A stretch of 64,000 nucleotides of DNA. Source: an uncultured Rubritalea sp. (GTDB taxonomy: Bacteria > Verrucomicrobiota > Verrucomicrobiia > Verrucomicrobiales > Akkermansiaceae). Position numbers and translations under genes: made by a program. Shown here piece by piece: positions 55,701 through 64,000 of the stretch (position 1 is the stretch's first letter; each line of letters opens with the position of its first letter). The notes beneath the pieces are model-generated. The model had not been told where the DNA came from. It did not search any database and saw only the letters and a list, made by a program, of their open reading frames with translations. Location of the stretch: the NCBI GenBank assembly GCA_937132085.1, contig CAKZNV010000163.1, positions 7,441-71,440 of the forward strand, read 5' to 3'.

Positions 55701-56210
55701 ATCAAAAAAATTATAAAGATTGGTAACAAAGGATTAACAGAATCTCTAGTCTCAAGCTTTAGTAACTTAGGTCGAACATCTCATTCGTTCAAATCCACTT
55801 TACAAGAATTCATCGACCCAAAAAATCAAGACTCTCTTTGGGGAACTGAAGACGATAAGCTTTCTCAAAAGGTCAGAGTTCAAGCTTGTTCTCTATTAAC
55901 CCTTTGCTACGACAAAAATTCTAGCATAGCATTTCTTAACGAACTACTTGTTACTAAACCTTCAAATTTAAAGTTCTTTAGAACTGTCATTAGAGTTCTC
56001 ATTGAGCTATCTCCATTATCTGTCGTTCGTTATTATTACAACACAAAGTGTAATACATGCTATGAAGAACTTTTAAAGTGGTCTGAAATAGAAAACATCC
56101 GTATTTATCCAGACCGTATATATCGAGCTAATGGAGAAATCACTAATATCTTGAATGAAACAAAATGCCCCCAATTTAAGCATCAGGTTGAAGTGGATTT
56201 AAAGGCATAA
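52791..56210 (+). CDS. NACHT/STAND NTPase with helical-repeat C-terminus (NLR-like)
   Basis: HLYGASGSGKTT, ILILDGWD, IVISRP, PFFL and FLHP.IQSYF motifs; Leu-rich helical tail. Confidence 0.75.
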   Translation: MGNPVPHIALYFTKKQARMELVNLYKGEKAVPPNSVLEFSQFTRPKYLPKTETKPKLGIGLLLLALKLIGLDKERYSRDILLFEGYEKSLAEVLHACLGKTFSNETYDPKEEKDRYHPGKDKHFSKWILNLINYQHINFKKHANNSIELYKFQIHGNKEFHTFFSIHLFCNNECITSPTPEDLKQIFLDIVDQANQVQAKKDGLEDDEVEYLRRIKDETNESYWDGENILSEILDQINNLSASSNKTSITTEKNPRNSKKNSQQNYPVSLQNWHKNLRKNPYWSSVKVLADKPIDLRDIYTNIRLSQIKEDSSRRGVSALKTVLNRIHKKNKIIHLYGASGSGKTTLAKWITGYTFIENEYPTILILLSRYLNKIEQNPLLSLLEFFIDDCCHPTKYSNNSQQELEQFFLNHKESILILDGWDKMSHKQQIHVTEQLNVPPLSHLSRIVISRPTRHNGQGTENIVRSYKIQPLTIRQAKEFLSETLSLPADDIARLQSDFSTIKYFTPFFLVIFNYLFSHPDLRSRKYKNFADMLTVAVEEMHPTDEKHSVSAVKEMEKIANILSFQEDKKQVYFSTKNTHIINSRLVTRRSSISASYPSKNYFFLHPIIQSYFTATSLVENPDNLESKLNSHGLRPDREEGWILISGLLFNDSRLVESNQIFWKFWKQQVKQPGLLKSVICLVAHLLKQQRVTDGGMKLLGVDLIALLWEQILSEINIESNIKAFIALSDKIDLIYNLEFLPKRIRKQVHSILQELEDEKPPEKLSEIEKLIENGDEKDHIKALDELINLSQIEENQNENNARIKLILSSFKKISYRKRFSKAPPVLLKEILTPSSTPRLLLNCLKAMENYSIETDAYNLALLYKKQTSQKIKNSIARIVSNCRSKEAQELILSELLEKPISNTKTLKIMSKGTLICGQNIAKIILQAVIQSDYKNKSFPYLMKLLSQCFHTLPSEPEQLNFVWYVDSNIKKIIKIGNKGLTESLVSSFSNLGRTSHSFKSTLQEFIDPKNQDSLWGTEDDKLSQKVRVQACSLLTLCYDKNSSIAFLNELLVTKPSNLKFFRTVIRVLIELSPLSVVRYYYNTKCNTCYEELLKWSEIENIRIYPDRIYRANGEITNILNETKCPQFKHQVEVDLKA

Positions 56211-56235
56211 TTTCAGAAAACCAACAACTGTCTCA

Positions 56236-56297
56236 TCGCCACTATTTCGCCAGTATTATCGCCACTATTTCACTGTTTTAGTGGCGAATTGTGGCGA
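56236..56297. repeat. Arm-type repeats at attR: three direct, two inverted
   Basis: TCGCCACTA (56236), TCGCCAGTA (56247), TCGCCACTA (56259); TAGTGGCGA (56279), TTGTGGCGA (56289). Confidence 0.75.
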
Positions 56298-56344
56298 AAA
56301 CGCCCTTAAAAAGCCCTTTTAAGCCTTATAACTGCGTTAAACAC

Positions 56345-56394
56345 TACCTTGACATGGTAGAGGTCACTGGTTCAAATCCAGTATCGTGCACCAT
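56345..56394 (+). repeat. attR core (duplicated 3' part of tRNA-Val)
   Basis: 50/50 identical to 1427-1476; the 5' part of the tRNA is absent. Confidence 0.95.
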
Positions 56395-56400
56395 CTTTTT

Positions 56401-56434
56401 AATAAGGGCTTACAAGAAATTGTAAGCCCTTATT
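56401..56434. terminator. Terminator after attR
   Basis: AATAAGGGCTTACAA-GAAA-TTGTAAGCCCTTATT. Confidence 0.8.
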
Positions 56435-56457
56435 TGTGTCCAGATATCTGGCGAACT

Positions 56458-56955
56458 TTAAAGTCGCTTATCGAAGCTGAATTCCTTCGCCTCGCTGATC
56501 TGTATTTTCTTAAAATCTGGATGATGAGGATTGAGTAAGATATTCGTTTCTTCAGGAATGAGAACTGAAGGCGCCATGATCGCTAGCTGACCAGCAGCAT
56601 TGATCCAATCATCCCCTATCTCTTGACTCAACTTTGACACTGGACTCTCTCTCCAGTCTTTATGAAGAATACTCAGCGGATAGTTTGCCACTAGATCTCT
56701 CGGGATTTTCACCTCAATGATACGATATGGCATCGCTCTGGTAAGTGGCGAAGTAAGGTGAACCAACATTTCCAGAGCAGCCAATGCACGACTACCACCT
56801 AAATACACCACAGCACGCCCCGGTGAGTTCCAGCGCCCACCATTGAGCCTAGCTCCTTCACTAGAAAAGGCATCATCTACCCACTTCGGAGACACAATCC
56901 TATAAGCACTGAGATACTTCCTCTCCTCTTTATCTAGCTCCTCGTTATAGTTCAT
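56458..56955 (-). CDS. RES-domain toxin (MbcT/ParT-like)
   Basis: YRI, GA...GGRWN, VVYL, ALAALE, PS...PEE.N.LLNP.H motifs. Confidence 0.88.
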   Translation of the reverse strand: MNYNEELDKEERKYLSAYRIVSPKWVDDAFSSEGARLNGGRWNSPGRAVVYLGGSRALAALEMLVHLTSPLTRAMPYRIIEVKIPRDLVANYPLSILHKDWRESPVSKLSQEIGDDWINAAGQLAIMAPSVLIPEETNILLNPHHPDFKKIQISEAKEFSFDKRL

Positions 56956-56966
56956 AGCGTTTACTT

Positions 56967-57428
56967 TTAGCTAAACACACCATGATCTATACGACCGATG
57001 AGATACTCCACCTCTCTGGCTCCGAACTCAGTATCCGCATAGCTCAACGGAGACTCACCAGCAGTGCCAGGGTTAGCAGTTTTAAGCCATTCACGAGTCG
57101 CCTCCTTAGTTTGGAAAACCTCCATAATGATCCCGAATAGACGAGCAAATCTCACCACACGTTCACTTTCTGAAGTTTCCAAACGACCAGATTTCTTTCG
57201 CCTATGAAGCGTAGCTGGTGAAACCCCAAGATAGCGACCTAGCTCTTCTTCAGGAATCAAAAGCAAGTCTTGTAACAACCTGAATTCCTTCATTGGAAAT
57301 CCTTCACGCAAACGCTCAACAATCGGTGTCTGTGAAGCCTCTGCATTCTCTTCCACCATTATTTTGCTTTCTGGCTTCATCTCTTTTGGCAGAAATGAAT
57401 TAACCACATATTCATCCGTATACTTCAT
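56967..57428 (-). CDS. Xre/MbcA/ParS-type antitoxin
   Basis: HTH (LGVSPATLHRRK) and A.EWL...P...GESPL...DT..G..EV..L.GRI.HG. Confidence 0.88.
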   Translation of the reverse strand: MKYTDEYVVNSFLPKEMKPESKIMVEENAEASQTPIVERLREGFPMKEFRLLQDLLLIPEEELGRYLGVSPATLHRRKKSGRLETSESERVVRFARLFGIIMEVFQTKEATREWLKTANPGTAGESPLSYADTEFGAREVEYLIGRIDHGVFS

Positions 57429-57503
57429 ATGAAATATTTAACTCACTCAATCAACATTGTCAAATGATTAAATAAATACTCTCACATGAAAGGTTGGTGA
57501 TTT

Positions 57504-57542
57504 AAAAAAAAGAGGCTCTCGTCTATAACAACGAGAGCCTCT
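57504..57542 (-). terminator. ftsH terminator
   Basis: 12-bp stem AGAGGCTCTCGT/ACGAGAGCCTCT with a T run on the minus strand. Confidence 0.85.
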
Positions 57543-57560
57543 GAAATTGATTATTCTGAG

Positions 57561-60038
57561 TTAAGCTGGAGAGCTTACCACTTCCCCTGCTAATGGGTCT
57601 TCTCCATCTTCATCTTCGGTCGTCTCTTCCTTAGCTGTGACCGCTGGAGGTGTCGGAGTCGGTGGCTTCGGTGGACTTGGCATCACTGGAGGATCCTCCA
57701 TTTCGCCTTTATAAAGTAGATCTTCAGTCTGCTTGCCATTAAGAGTTTCAAATTCTAGGAGAGCTCCAGCTACACGGTCTAGACCTTCACGGTGCTCGAC
57801 TAGTAATGCCATAGCACGAGAATAAGCATCATCGATGAGAGTTCTAACTTCTTCGTCAATAAGTTGAGCTGTTTCTTCAGAGTAGGTTTTACCCTTCGCT
57901 TGGAACATCTCCTGATTACCGTCGCTTCCGTATTCTACCATGCCGAGCTTATCACTCATGCCCCACTCACAAACCATCTTACGAGCGATGCTAGTAGCTT
58001 GTCTGATATCACCTGATGCTCCATTTGTAACGTTACCGAATACTAGCTCTTCAGCTACTCGACCACCCATTGCAACACAGAGCTGGTCAATCAACTCACC
58101 TTCACGACAAGTGTATTTATCTTCTTCAGGAAGGAACATAGCCATACCAAGAGCTGGGCCACGCGGAATGATTGTTACTTTATGAAGCGGGTCTGTCTGT
58201 TCACAAATGATGTTAAGGATCGCATGTCCAGCTTCGTGGAATGCTGTGTTCTCCTTTTCCTTATCACTGAGAGCTAGTGAGCGACGCTCACGTCCCCAAC
58301 GGACTTTATCACGAGCTTCTTCAAGCTCGGGTTGTTTAATATCTTCCTTTCCGCCTCTAGCTGCGAGAAGTGCAGCTTCGTTAATAAGGTTAGCTAGCTC
58401 TGCACCAGAGAACCCAGGAGTTCCGCGTGCGATGACGCCAAGATCTACGTCTTTATTAAGTTTTACCTTCTTAGCATGCACAGCGAGAATCTGCTCACGG
58501 CCTACTACGTCTGGAAGGTTCACTGTCACCTGACGGTCAAATCTTCCCGGTCTAAGAAGAGCTGGGTCGAGAACGTCTGGTCTGTTAGTCGCCGCGATGA
58601 TGATCACTCCAGAACGAGCATCGAATCCATCCATCTCTACGAGAAGTGCGTTCAAAGTCTGCTCACGCTCATCGTGTCCACCGCCCATACCTTGGCCACG
58701 GTGACGACCTACTGCGTCGATCTCATCAATAAAGATAATACATGGTGAGTTCTTCTTACCTTGCTCGAACATGTCACGGACACGGCTAGCACCGACACCT
58801 ACGAACATCTCTACAAAGTCAGAACCAGAGATAGAGTAGAACGGAACTTCAGCTTCACCAGCGATGGCTCTAGCGAGTAGCGTCTTACCTGTTCCCGGAG
58901 AACCAATCATGAGAACACCTTTAGGAATGTTACCACCGAGCATTTCGAACTTCTTAGGATCACGGAGGAAATCCACGATCTCATAGAGCTCTTCTTTCGC
59001 TTCATGAATACCTGCAACATCCTTAAATGTAACACGGTTTTTATCTTGGTTAAGCATCTTAGCCTTGCTCTTACCGAAACTCATTGCGCCCTTACCAGCA
59101 TTCTTCATCTGGCTACGGAATAGGAAGAATAGAAGCAGAACGATTAGAATGATCGGAAGGAAGTTGATGAGGAACATTTTCATCGTTCCAGACTCAATTT
59201 GAGGAACGATTTTATAGTTAGACAGGAACATCTTGTCAGCATCCGTAAGATCAGTGGTGTTTATAGGCACAATGAATGGCTTCCATTCAGGCTTAGCACC
59301 TGCACGCTTGGTATAAACTAGCATATCACCCTCAAATACAGCATCTGAGCTATCTCCCCCTAGCTTAAGCAGTCTCATTTGACCTTTACCTTTGAGAACA
59401 ATTTGCCCTTTAGAAAGCAGTGTATTTAACTCCACCATAGTGATCGATTTTTTCACATCTCGGGAGCTTGGTAATTCATTCACCTTTATAGTAGGGACGT
59501 TAAGACTCTGCTGGATTCGACTAATATATTCACCGTGAGCCTCTGTATCAAGAACCACTATAAAGGAAGTAGGAACAGGCTTCACCTTACTGTCATTATA
59601 GTCAGTAACATCCATTTTACCTTTGTATGTCTGCCTAATAACACTCTCTCCATAAACACGAGTCAGACTATCACCCTTGTTAAGACCATTATCTTTTAGA
59701 TACTTGTTTATTTCATCATTGCTATCCTTTTTGCCTTCGTAGTCCTGTAATGGTGTAATCAAGATTTTATCTTCTTGAAGTAGTCCACGGAACTCAGAGA
59801 ATGTAAGCTCTTTCGCTTGACCATTTGAGTTAGAATTCATCGCAGCGTAGATGATCCCTGCTCCGATAAGCAGCAGTATAATCACTCTCCAGTTAGGCCC
59901 AGATTTCTCAGGCTTACCTTCAGCATTAAGTTTAGGAGGATTAGGCCCTTTTTGTGATGGACCTTTCGGTGTTGGAGGAGGCTCTGGTGGTTGTTGGTTT
60001 GCCATGGAATGTATTTCTATTTTTTGGGAAAATTTCAT
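57561..60038 (-). CDS. ftsH: ATP-dependent zinc metalloprotease FtsH
   Basis: [39 protein letters not shown] and HEAGH motifs. Confidence 0.96.
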   Translation of the reverse strand: MKFSQKIEIHSMANQQPPEPPPTPKGPSQKGPNPPKLNAEGKPEKSGPNWRVIILLLIGAGIIYAAMNSNSNGQAKELTFSEFRGLLQEDKILITPLQDYEGKKDSNDEINKYLKDNGLNKGDSLTRVYGESVIRQTYKGKMDVTDYNDSKVKPVPTSFIVVLDTEAHGEYISRIQQSLNVPTIKVNELPSSRDVKKSITMVELNTLLSKGQIVLKGKGQMRLLKLGGDSSDAVFEGDMLVYTKRAGAKPEWKPFIVPINTTDLTDADKMFLSNYKIVPQIESGTMKMFLINFLPIILIVLLLFFLFRSQMKNAGKGAMSFGKSKAKMLNQDKNRVTFKDVAGIHEAKEELYEIVDFLRDPKKFEMLGGNIPKGVLMIGSPGTGKTLLARAIAGEAEVPFYSISGSDFVEMFVGVGASRVRDMFEQGKKNSPCIIFIDEIDAVGRHRGQGMGGGHDEREQTLNALLVEMDGFDARSGVIIIAATNRPDVLDPALLRPGRFDRQVTVNLPDVVGREQILAVHAKKVKLNKDVDLGVIARGTPGFSGAELANLINEAALLAARGGKEDIKQPELEEARDKVRWGRERRSLALSDKEKENTAFHEAGHAILNIICEQTDPLHKVTIIPRGPALGMAMFLPEEDKYTCREGELIDQLCVAMGGRVAEELVFGNVTNGASGDIRQATSIARKMVCEWGMSDKLGMVEYGSDGNQEMFQAKGKTYSEETAQLIDEEVRTLIDDAYSRAMALLVEHREGLDRVAGALLEFETLNGKQTEDLLYKGEMEDPPVMPSPPKPPTPTPPAVTAKEETTEDEDGEDPLAGEVVSSPA

Positions 60039-60221
60039 CGGATATGAGTGTTGAAATAACTGAATATCTCTACCCCACTAGCGATAACGCTATATAGGTG
60101 CGGCACAAGGTATCGACAAAACTTAAAAAGGAAATCCTTTTTTCATAGGTTTCCAAAAAAATCATCTATTTTAGCGATGGTTGCTTGCACAACTCAGAGT
60201 TGATGTTCAGTATCTTTCTTA

Positions 60222-63200
60222 GTGAAATCTCACACTGAATCACCAAATCGCAAGCCAAGATTGCAGTTTTTTGAACATGCATCATTTCTAAGACGCTGGA
60301 TCTCCCCCGTGCCCCGTTCTATCGCACATGCTGGCACCTTGGTGGACATCTTTGCGTCGTTTATCTCTATCGACGACACCGTGGACACTTCTGAGGCAGA
60401 AGTCGCTCTCGATTTACTCCGCCACGCATACCCAGAAGCAGACCACGGTTGGTTAGCCAGAAGACTACAGCGTGCATTCAAATCACCCAGCACTATTGAT
60501 ACGCTAGCGAATCGAATTAAAGCCGAGATGAAAGACTCTGCATTAGTCGATCTAGGTCTCCAGCTGTATCTACTCATCGATTCCTCAAACCACAAACAGC
60601 GTGGAGTCGAAGCGTTCAACTTACTCTTCAGTCTGATCGGAAAGTCCGAGCTAGGTTCAGCCATCTGTGAGGAAATGAACGACAGGTTTCAGGATGAGCT
60701 TCCCTTCACTAGAGTGATCTTCTCACCAGATCCTTCTGCCGATGTTCAGCTACCACCAGATCACACGAATCATGCATTTAGACTCTATAGAGCAGGACAA
60801 CTTACCGTTCTACGTAACACGGGAGCTGACACTCTCTGGCTAGGTGGCAATGCCATCCTCTCTGGACACAGCACAAGATTAAGATCTCACCAGAGACTCA
60901 CTCTACCAGGTTGGACTCTATTTCACGACGACCTCAGTTTCTTCCTTACCTCACATCAACAGGGCAAATCTAGACCACTCTTCATTCACGAAACCTCGGA
61001 GGGACTCACTGCTGAGCGTAGTCGATCAAGACAGAGTAGCATCAAAATAGCCTTTGGCACCAAAGCCACTCTGAGCGTGATCCGCAACTCTGATCTCACT
61101 ATCAGTGGCCAACAACTATTAGAAAATACTCCAATAGTATTAGGGCTACACGAGAAAATTATACTCTCTGATGGCAAACAAGTAAGTCTAGAACATCTCC
61201 GACGTCAGGCAATGGAAGCTGGTGGCCGATTCAGACTCAATGAAGGAGAACAAACGATTCTAGCATCCAACGATCCCACCGCTCTGGAAAAAGGAGATCT
61301 TCTTCTTTCACCTGGACTAGCAGGTAGAGTCTTGCTGAAAATTAAGTTTGACCCCTCACGCACCGAAGGCCAGCTAGAAGTCATCGAGGCGGAGAGATCT
61401 ATCTTCATCAATAACCAACCAGCCAAGCAATTCTCTACGCTCAATGACGGGATGTTAATTCGTCTTAGCTCTAGTCAGGGAATTCGTTGTAGATTCAGTG
61501 ATGGCATTATAGATGAAGAACGAACTGTCATTCGAGAACTAAAGTTAGATGGTGTCTCACACGAATTTTCTAAGAAAGACATCGCCCTAGATAACATCGA
61601 CCTCACGATCAAACGTGGTGAAATGCTCTGCATCATGGGACCTAGTGGCTGTGGTAAATCCACCCTACTTTCTACCATCGCCGGTCAGTTAAAGCCCACT
61701 CGTGGACACATCAGACTCAATGGGATCTCACTCTACATCCACCGTGAAAGACTAGCGCCATTCATCACCTACATGCCTCAAGAAGAGGCGCTCAACGCAA
61801 ATCTAACAGTCCGTGAACACTTACAACACGCTTGTAGTATTCGACGCCCACACCTCTCTAGCCAAGAACACGGCCGTCGAGTCGATAGCATTCTAGGAGA
61901 ACTAGCACTCCAATCACTAGCGCACCGCAAAGTAGGCTCCCCAGGCGATAAAAGCATCAGTGGTGGTGAGCGTGGCAGACTTAACCTAGGTTTAGATTTA
62001 GGCTCAGCTGCTGAGATTCTCTTGTTTGATGAACCCATCTCTGGATTATCTTCAAAAGATTCTGAGCACGTTGCTGAGACGCTAAAAGGAATCGCTCAAG
62101 ACAAAATCGTCATCGCTTCACTCCACAGACCAGGAGCAAGCGTGCTTAGCTTGTTTGATAAAATTCTCTTGTTAGACAAAGGTGGACGCGTAGCATTCTT
62201 CGGAACTTCTGAGCAGATGTTTGATTACTTCAAACAAGCTTGCCGAGAGCTTAACATCCCGACAAGACGCCGACTTAACGCTGAACAAAATTCTGCAGCC
62301 GACTTTGTCTTCGATGTAATAGAAACTCCATTACATAATTTCACCCAGTCTAACATCAGCTCCTACGCTAGACGATTCCCGCCAAGATTCTGGCAGGAAA
62401 AGTTTGAGAGTCACACGCTTCTAAAAAATGTAGCTAGTGGAGAAACTCCAGCTCAGACTCAGCTAGGTGACTTACCGAGAGCAGATGACAACATGCCCAT
62501 CCCTATTAGTAGGAAGCGTGTCTTAGGTGACTACTGGACCCTCTTCAAAACACACCTCAAGCGTAGTTGCTTATCTAAATTCAGAAACAAAGGCACCATC
62601 TATTCATCTATCCTTGAGGCGCCTCTGCTAGCATTCCTCATCGGACTCACCCTTCGAGCTTCAGAAGATGGAGCATACGAATTTGGCTCAGGAAACAACC
62701 TGATCGAATACCTCTTCCTCTCTGTCACTGTCGGTATGTTCCTAGGACTGACCAATAGTGCCACAGAAGTATTAAGGGATAAGCCCGTCCTAAGAAGAGA
62801 ACGGAATCACCGCTATGGCACAGGTATTTATCTGCTAGCCAAGTTCATGACCCTCGCTTTATTGGCAATCATTCAGTGTGGGATCTACATCGCTATTGGT
62901 AATGCCATGTTAGAAATTGACGGTATGTTCTTCCACCATTGGTTCTGGATGAGCTTCACTGCTATTGTTGGCACCGCTTTAGCAATACTGATTTCCTCCA
63001 TGGTGAAAAGTGAACGAGCAGCTCTTTCCGCAGTTCCCCTACTACTAGTCCCTCAGCTCCTTTTAGCGGGTGCTCTGGTGCAGTTTAAAGACATGAATAG
63101 AGGTCTTTTCCAAGGTGGCACAGAAGCTCGCAAAGAAGGTGCTGAGCCGTTCCCAGCTCGACTCATGCCTCTTAGATATGCCTACGAAGGCATCATCATC

Positions 63201-63779
63201 ACACAGGCTAAAGAAAACTGGTTCACTCGCACCACCGATAGACTGGTTAGCAAACGTGACTGGCTTAAGAAACAGGTGAACCCGAATAACGGAGACTCAG
63301 TCATCGATCCTCAAACAGGAAAACCTAAATTAGATGAAGAGCAATTAGAGCGATTAAAAATTCTCAATTTAGCCATCCAGTTAGCAGACGCAGCAGAAGC
63401 TCCTGACAAGCAAAGTGCCAAAACGCTCATCAATCTCATTGTCAAAACAGGCTTAAACGACTCCTACAAAGACCTTGAAAACCTACCAATTAGAGACAAA
63501 GAGACCATTTATCACTCCTGCCAGTCCTACTTTAAAAACACCAAACTAGCAGATGCGACTAAACTCTCTAACACGATAAGAGCCGCCAGCGCCTATCAGC
63601 GTGAAGACAACAAGAACCAAGCAATGACCAACTCTGTCTTCCTCGATGAATGGAAGTTCTGGTTTGGAATCAAGGTCAGCACCATCACTTGGTGTCTGCT
63701 GATTCTCAGCGTAATTACCTCCACCTGTCTCATCCTTTCCACCTTCATTATCACGAGGTGGAACCGTAAGGTAAACTAA
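60222..63779 (+). CDS. Fused ABC transporter (ABCG-like NBD + permease) with large N-terminal region
   Basis: GPSGCGKST, ISGGE, LFDEP and SLH motifs; C-terminal ABC2-type TM helices; TerB-like helical N-terminus. Confidence 0.85.
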   Translation: MKSHTESPNRKPRLQFFEHASFLRRWISPVPRSIAHAGTLVDIFASFISIDDTVDTSEAEVALDLLRHAYPEADHGWLARRLQRAFKSPSTIDTLANRIKAEMKDSALVDLGLQLYLLIDSSNHKQRGVEAFNLLFSLIGKSELGSAICEEMNDRFQDELPFTRVIFSPDPSADVQLPPDHTNHAFRLYRAGQLTVLRNTGADTLWLGGNAILSGHSTRLRSHQRLTLPGWTLFHDDLSFFLTSHQQGKSRPLFIHETSEGLTAERSRSRQSSIKIAFGTKATLSVIRNSDLTISGQQLLENTPIVLGLHEKIILSDGKQVSLEHLRRQAMEAGGRFRLNEGEQTILASNDPTALEKGDLLLSPGLAGRVLLKIKFDPSRTEGQLEVIEAERSIFINNQPAKQFSTLNDGMLIRLSSSQGIRCRFSDGIIDEERTVIRELKLDGVSHEFSKKDIALDNIDLTIKRGEMLCIMGPSGCGKSTLLSTIAGQLKPTRGHIRLNGISLYIHRERLAPFITYMPQEEALNANLTVREHLQHACSIRRPHLSSQEHGRRVDSILGELALQSLAHRKVGSPGDKSISGGERGRLNLGLDLGSAAEILLFDEPISGLSSKDSEHVAETLKGIAQDKIVIASLHRPGASVLSLFDKILLLDKGGRVAFFGTSEQMFDYFKQACRELNIPTRRRLNAEQNSAADFVFDVIETPLHNFTQSNISSYARRFPPRFWQEKFESHTLLKNVASGETPAQTQLGDLPRADDNMPIPISRKRVLGDYWTLFKTHLKRSCLSKFRNKGTIYSSILEAPLLAFLIGLTLRASEDGAYEFGSGNNLIEYLFLSVTVGMFLGLTNSATEVLRDKPVLRRERNHRYGTGIYLLAKFMTLALLAIIQCGIYIAIGNAMLEIDGMFFHHWFWMSFTAIVGTALAILISSMVKSERAALSAVPLLLVPQLLLAGALVQFKDMNRGLFQGGTEARKEGAEPFPARLMPLRYAYEGIIITQAKENWFTRTTDRLVSKRDWLKKQVNPNNGDSVIDPQTGKPKLDEEQLERLKILNLAIQLADAAEAPDKQSAKTLINLIVKTGLNDSYKDLENLPIRDKETIYHSCQSYFKNTKLADATKLSNTIRAASAYQREDNKNQAMTNSVFLDEWKFWFGIKVSTITWCLLILSVITSTCLILSTFIITRWNRKVN

Positions 63780-63889
63780 TAATAGTTCAGAAATTCATAT
63801 ACAATATTCATGAAAATCTGTTTCCTAGTAGAATAGAATGAACGACTAACGTTACATTCCATTAAAAACAAAAAACAGATATTAACCTC

Positions 63890-64000
63890 ATGAAAAAATA
63901 TATAGCAGAATTAATAGGAACCATGTGGCTCGTCCTCGGTGGTTGTGGTAGTGCAGTCTTCGCTTGCACAGTTGATAATGGCATCGGATACCTAGGAGTA
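63890..64000 (+). CDS. aqpZ: Aquaporin Z, 3' truncated by the window edge
   Basis: [23 protein letters not shown] matches the AqpZ N-terminus. Confidence 0.8.
   Translation, partial: MKKYIAELIGTMWLVLGGCGSAVFACTVDNGIGYLGV

Larger units (their letters stand above)
1427..56394. mobile_element. Integrative conjugative element (about 55 kb) in tRNA-Val(GAC)
   Basis: Identical 50-bp tRNA 3' repeat at both ends. Integrase next to the tRNA; MOBF relaxases, T4CP and VirB-like genes inside; housekeeping genes outside. Confidence 0.93.

Noticed and set aside
56345-56394. A second functional tRNA-Val
   Set aside because: The 5' acceptor strand and D arm are missing; it is attR.
871-62038. The many short alternative-frame and antisense ORFs in the track (e.g. 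871-1257, 25282-25623, 44121-44534, 60230-60664)
   Set aside because: They lie within longer motif-bearing genes and read as shadow ORFs.
1-64000. CRISPR array or cas genes
   Set aside because: No regularly spaced repeats with unique spacers were seen; the short repeats found are att arms or hairpins.
1-64000. IS transposases or phage structural genes
   Set aside because: No DDE/HUH transposase, terminase, capsid or tail motifs were recognised; the P4-type integrase and AlpA alone do not make a prophage.

Overview
About 55 kb of this window (1427-56394) is an integrative and conjugative element (ICE) inserted in tRNA-Val(GAC). It is bounded by a 50-bp direct repeat of the tRNA 3' part and has arm-type repeats at both ends. 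Host genes flank it: serA on the left; a RES-Xre toxin-antitoxin pair, ftsH, an ABC transporter and the start of aqpZ on the right. The host is probably a PVC/Verrucomicrobiota bacterium, which is an inference from gene style only. The ICE encodes three tyrosine recombinases, two MOBF relaxases, a coupling protein, a divergently split VirB-like T4SS with a Clp-type ATPase, a leading-region-like gene cluster and many defence-like cargo genes (Hachiman-like, GIY-YIG, Mrr, Shedu, NACHT). Five things stand out. (1) A tightly coupled 9-gene operon (31699-23793) encodes a MotA/ExbB-like channel, a MotB-plug-vWA protein, coiled-coil lipoproteins, a TPR protein, a histone-like basic secreted protein with a toxin-like tip, and a probable immunity protein. 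(2) A small recombinase is flanked by 26-bp inverted sites, one containing the start codon of a neighbouring secreted-protein gene, which suggests a self-inverting phase switch. (3) An apparently unrecombined attP with a tRNA-Gln core sits in front of the second integrase. (4) Three copies of a 17-bp oriT-like motif are present. (5) A conserved hairpin-plus-RBS leader occurs twice. All family names come from motif recognition by eye; no database searches were run.
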